Positions 63,537 to 64,000 of a stretch of DNA of 64,000 nucleotides are shown piece by piece. This DNA is from Amphiscolops sp. MND2022 (lineage: Eukaryota). Under the pieces are notes generated by a model. It was not told where the DNA came from and did no database searches. It worked only from the letters and a program-made list of their open reading frames with translations. The position numbers and the translations under genes are program-made. Position 1 is the first letter of the stretch. The number at the start of each line of letters is the position of its first letter. Location: positions 96,784,001 to 96,848,000 of the forward strand of contig OZ076409.1 in the NCBI GenBank assembly GCA_964187785.1, in the 5' to 3' direction.

Positions 63537-64000
63537 CCTTTGTACAGAGCAACGTTGTAACCTAAAGATTTTTCTCGAAACCATTCAAGATTTGCTCTTA
63601 CTTCAGTAATTTTCTTTCGATAAACCTAGGGATTTTCTCGAAAACATAAAAATTTGCAAATGCACGTTTGCTTCTCCATAATTCAATGAAAATTCAGTTT
63701 CTTTGTCAACCTGCTCAATATTATTTTTCCCAGATTTGGTTCAAAAACAATGCGAAATTTTGATGAAAGTTGCTATATTATAATTGGAACTTGTGAATTG
63801 TAGAGATAATAATAAAACTGAGCCCTCAAGAATTTCTTCACATTTTTCATTCTCAATATACTTGTCTATTTATCCTCATTGATTCATTTCGGATGATTGA
63901 CAGATGTAATGAAATGGTAAGCTTCGAAGCGCTTTTATTGTATTGTATACCACGGCTCTTCGGCTGCAAGCGATTTGCACCATCAAATTGAAGAATCTAA

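Overview
Repeat-rich eukaryotic (animal-like) genomic DNA. The main feature is a 15.8-kb full-length Ty3/Gypsy LTR retrotransposon (5091-20862). It has 2.1-kb near-identical LTRs, a 5-bp TSD (TCCCG), gag starting inside the LTR, a -1 frameshift into pol, and one nonsense codon just after the protease active site. Between pol and the 3' LTR it carries 5.3 kb of cargo. (1) An antisense, 7-exon gene (17613-13609) whose six GT-AG introns all preserve frame. It encodes about 1066 aa that resemble a hAT-type DNA transposase with apparently lost catalytic residues. (2) A divergently oriented ORF beginning with a SUMO-interaction-like motif and running into the 3' LTR. (3) A putative bidirectional promoter with two CRE palindromes between them. 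This is the candidate novel system. The rest of the window holds a 3-exon Tctex-1-domain dynein light chain gene, a SET-domain fragment, decayed L1/Tx1-like, CRE-like and CR1-like LINEs, about ten Helentron/HINE-like non-autonomous repeats, nested MITEs sharing one internal core, a diverged partial LTR, a 1.87-kb tandem triplication and a 200-N gap. All family assignments come from motif recognition by eye; no database search was run.
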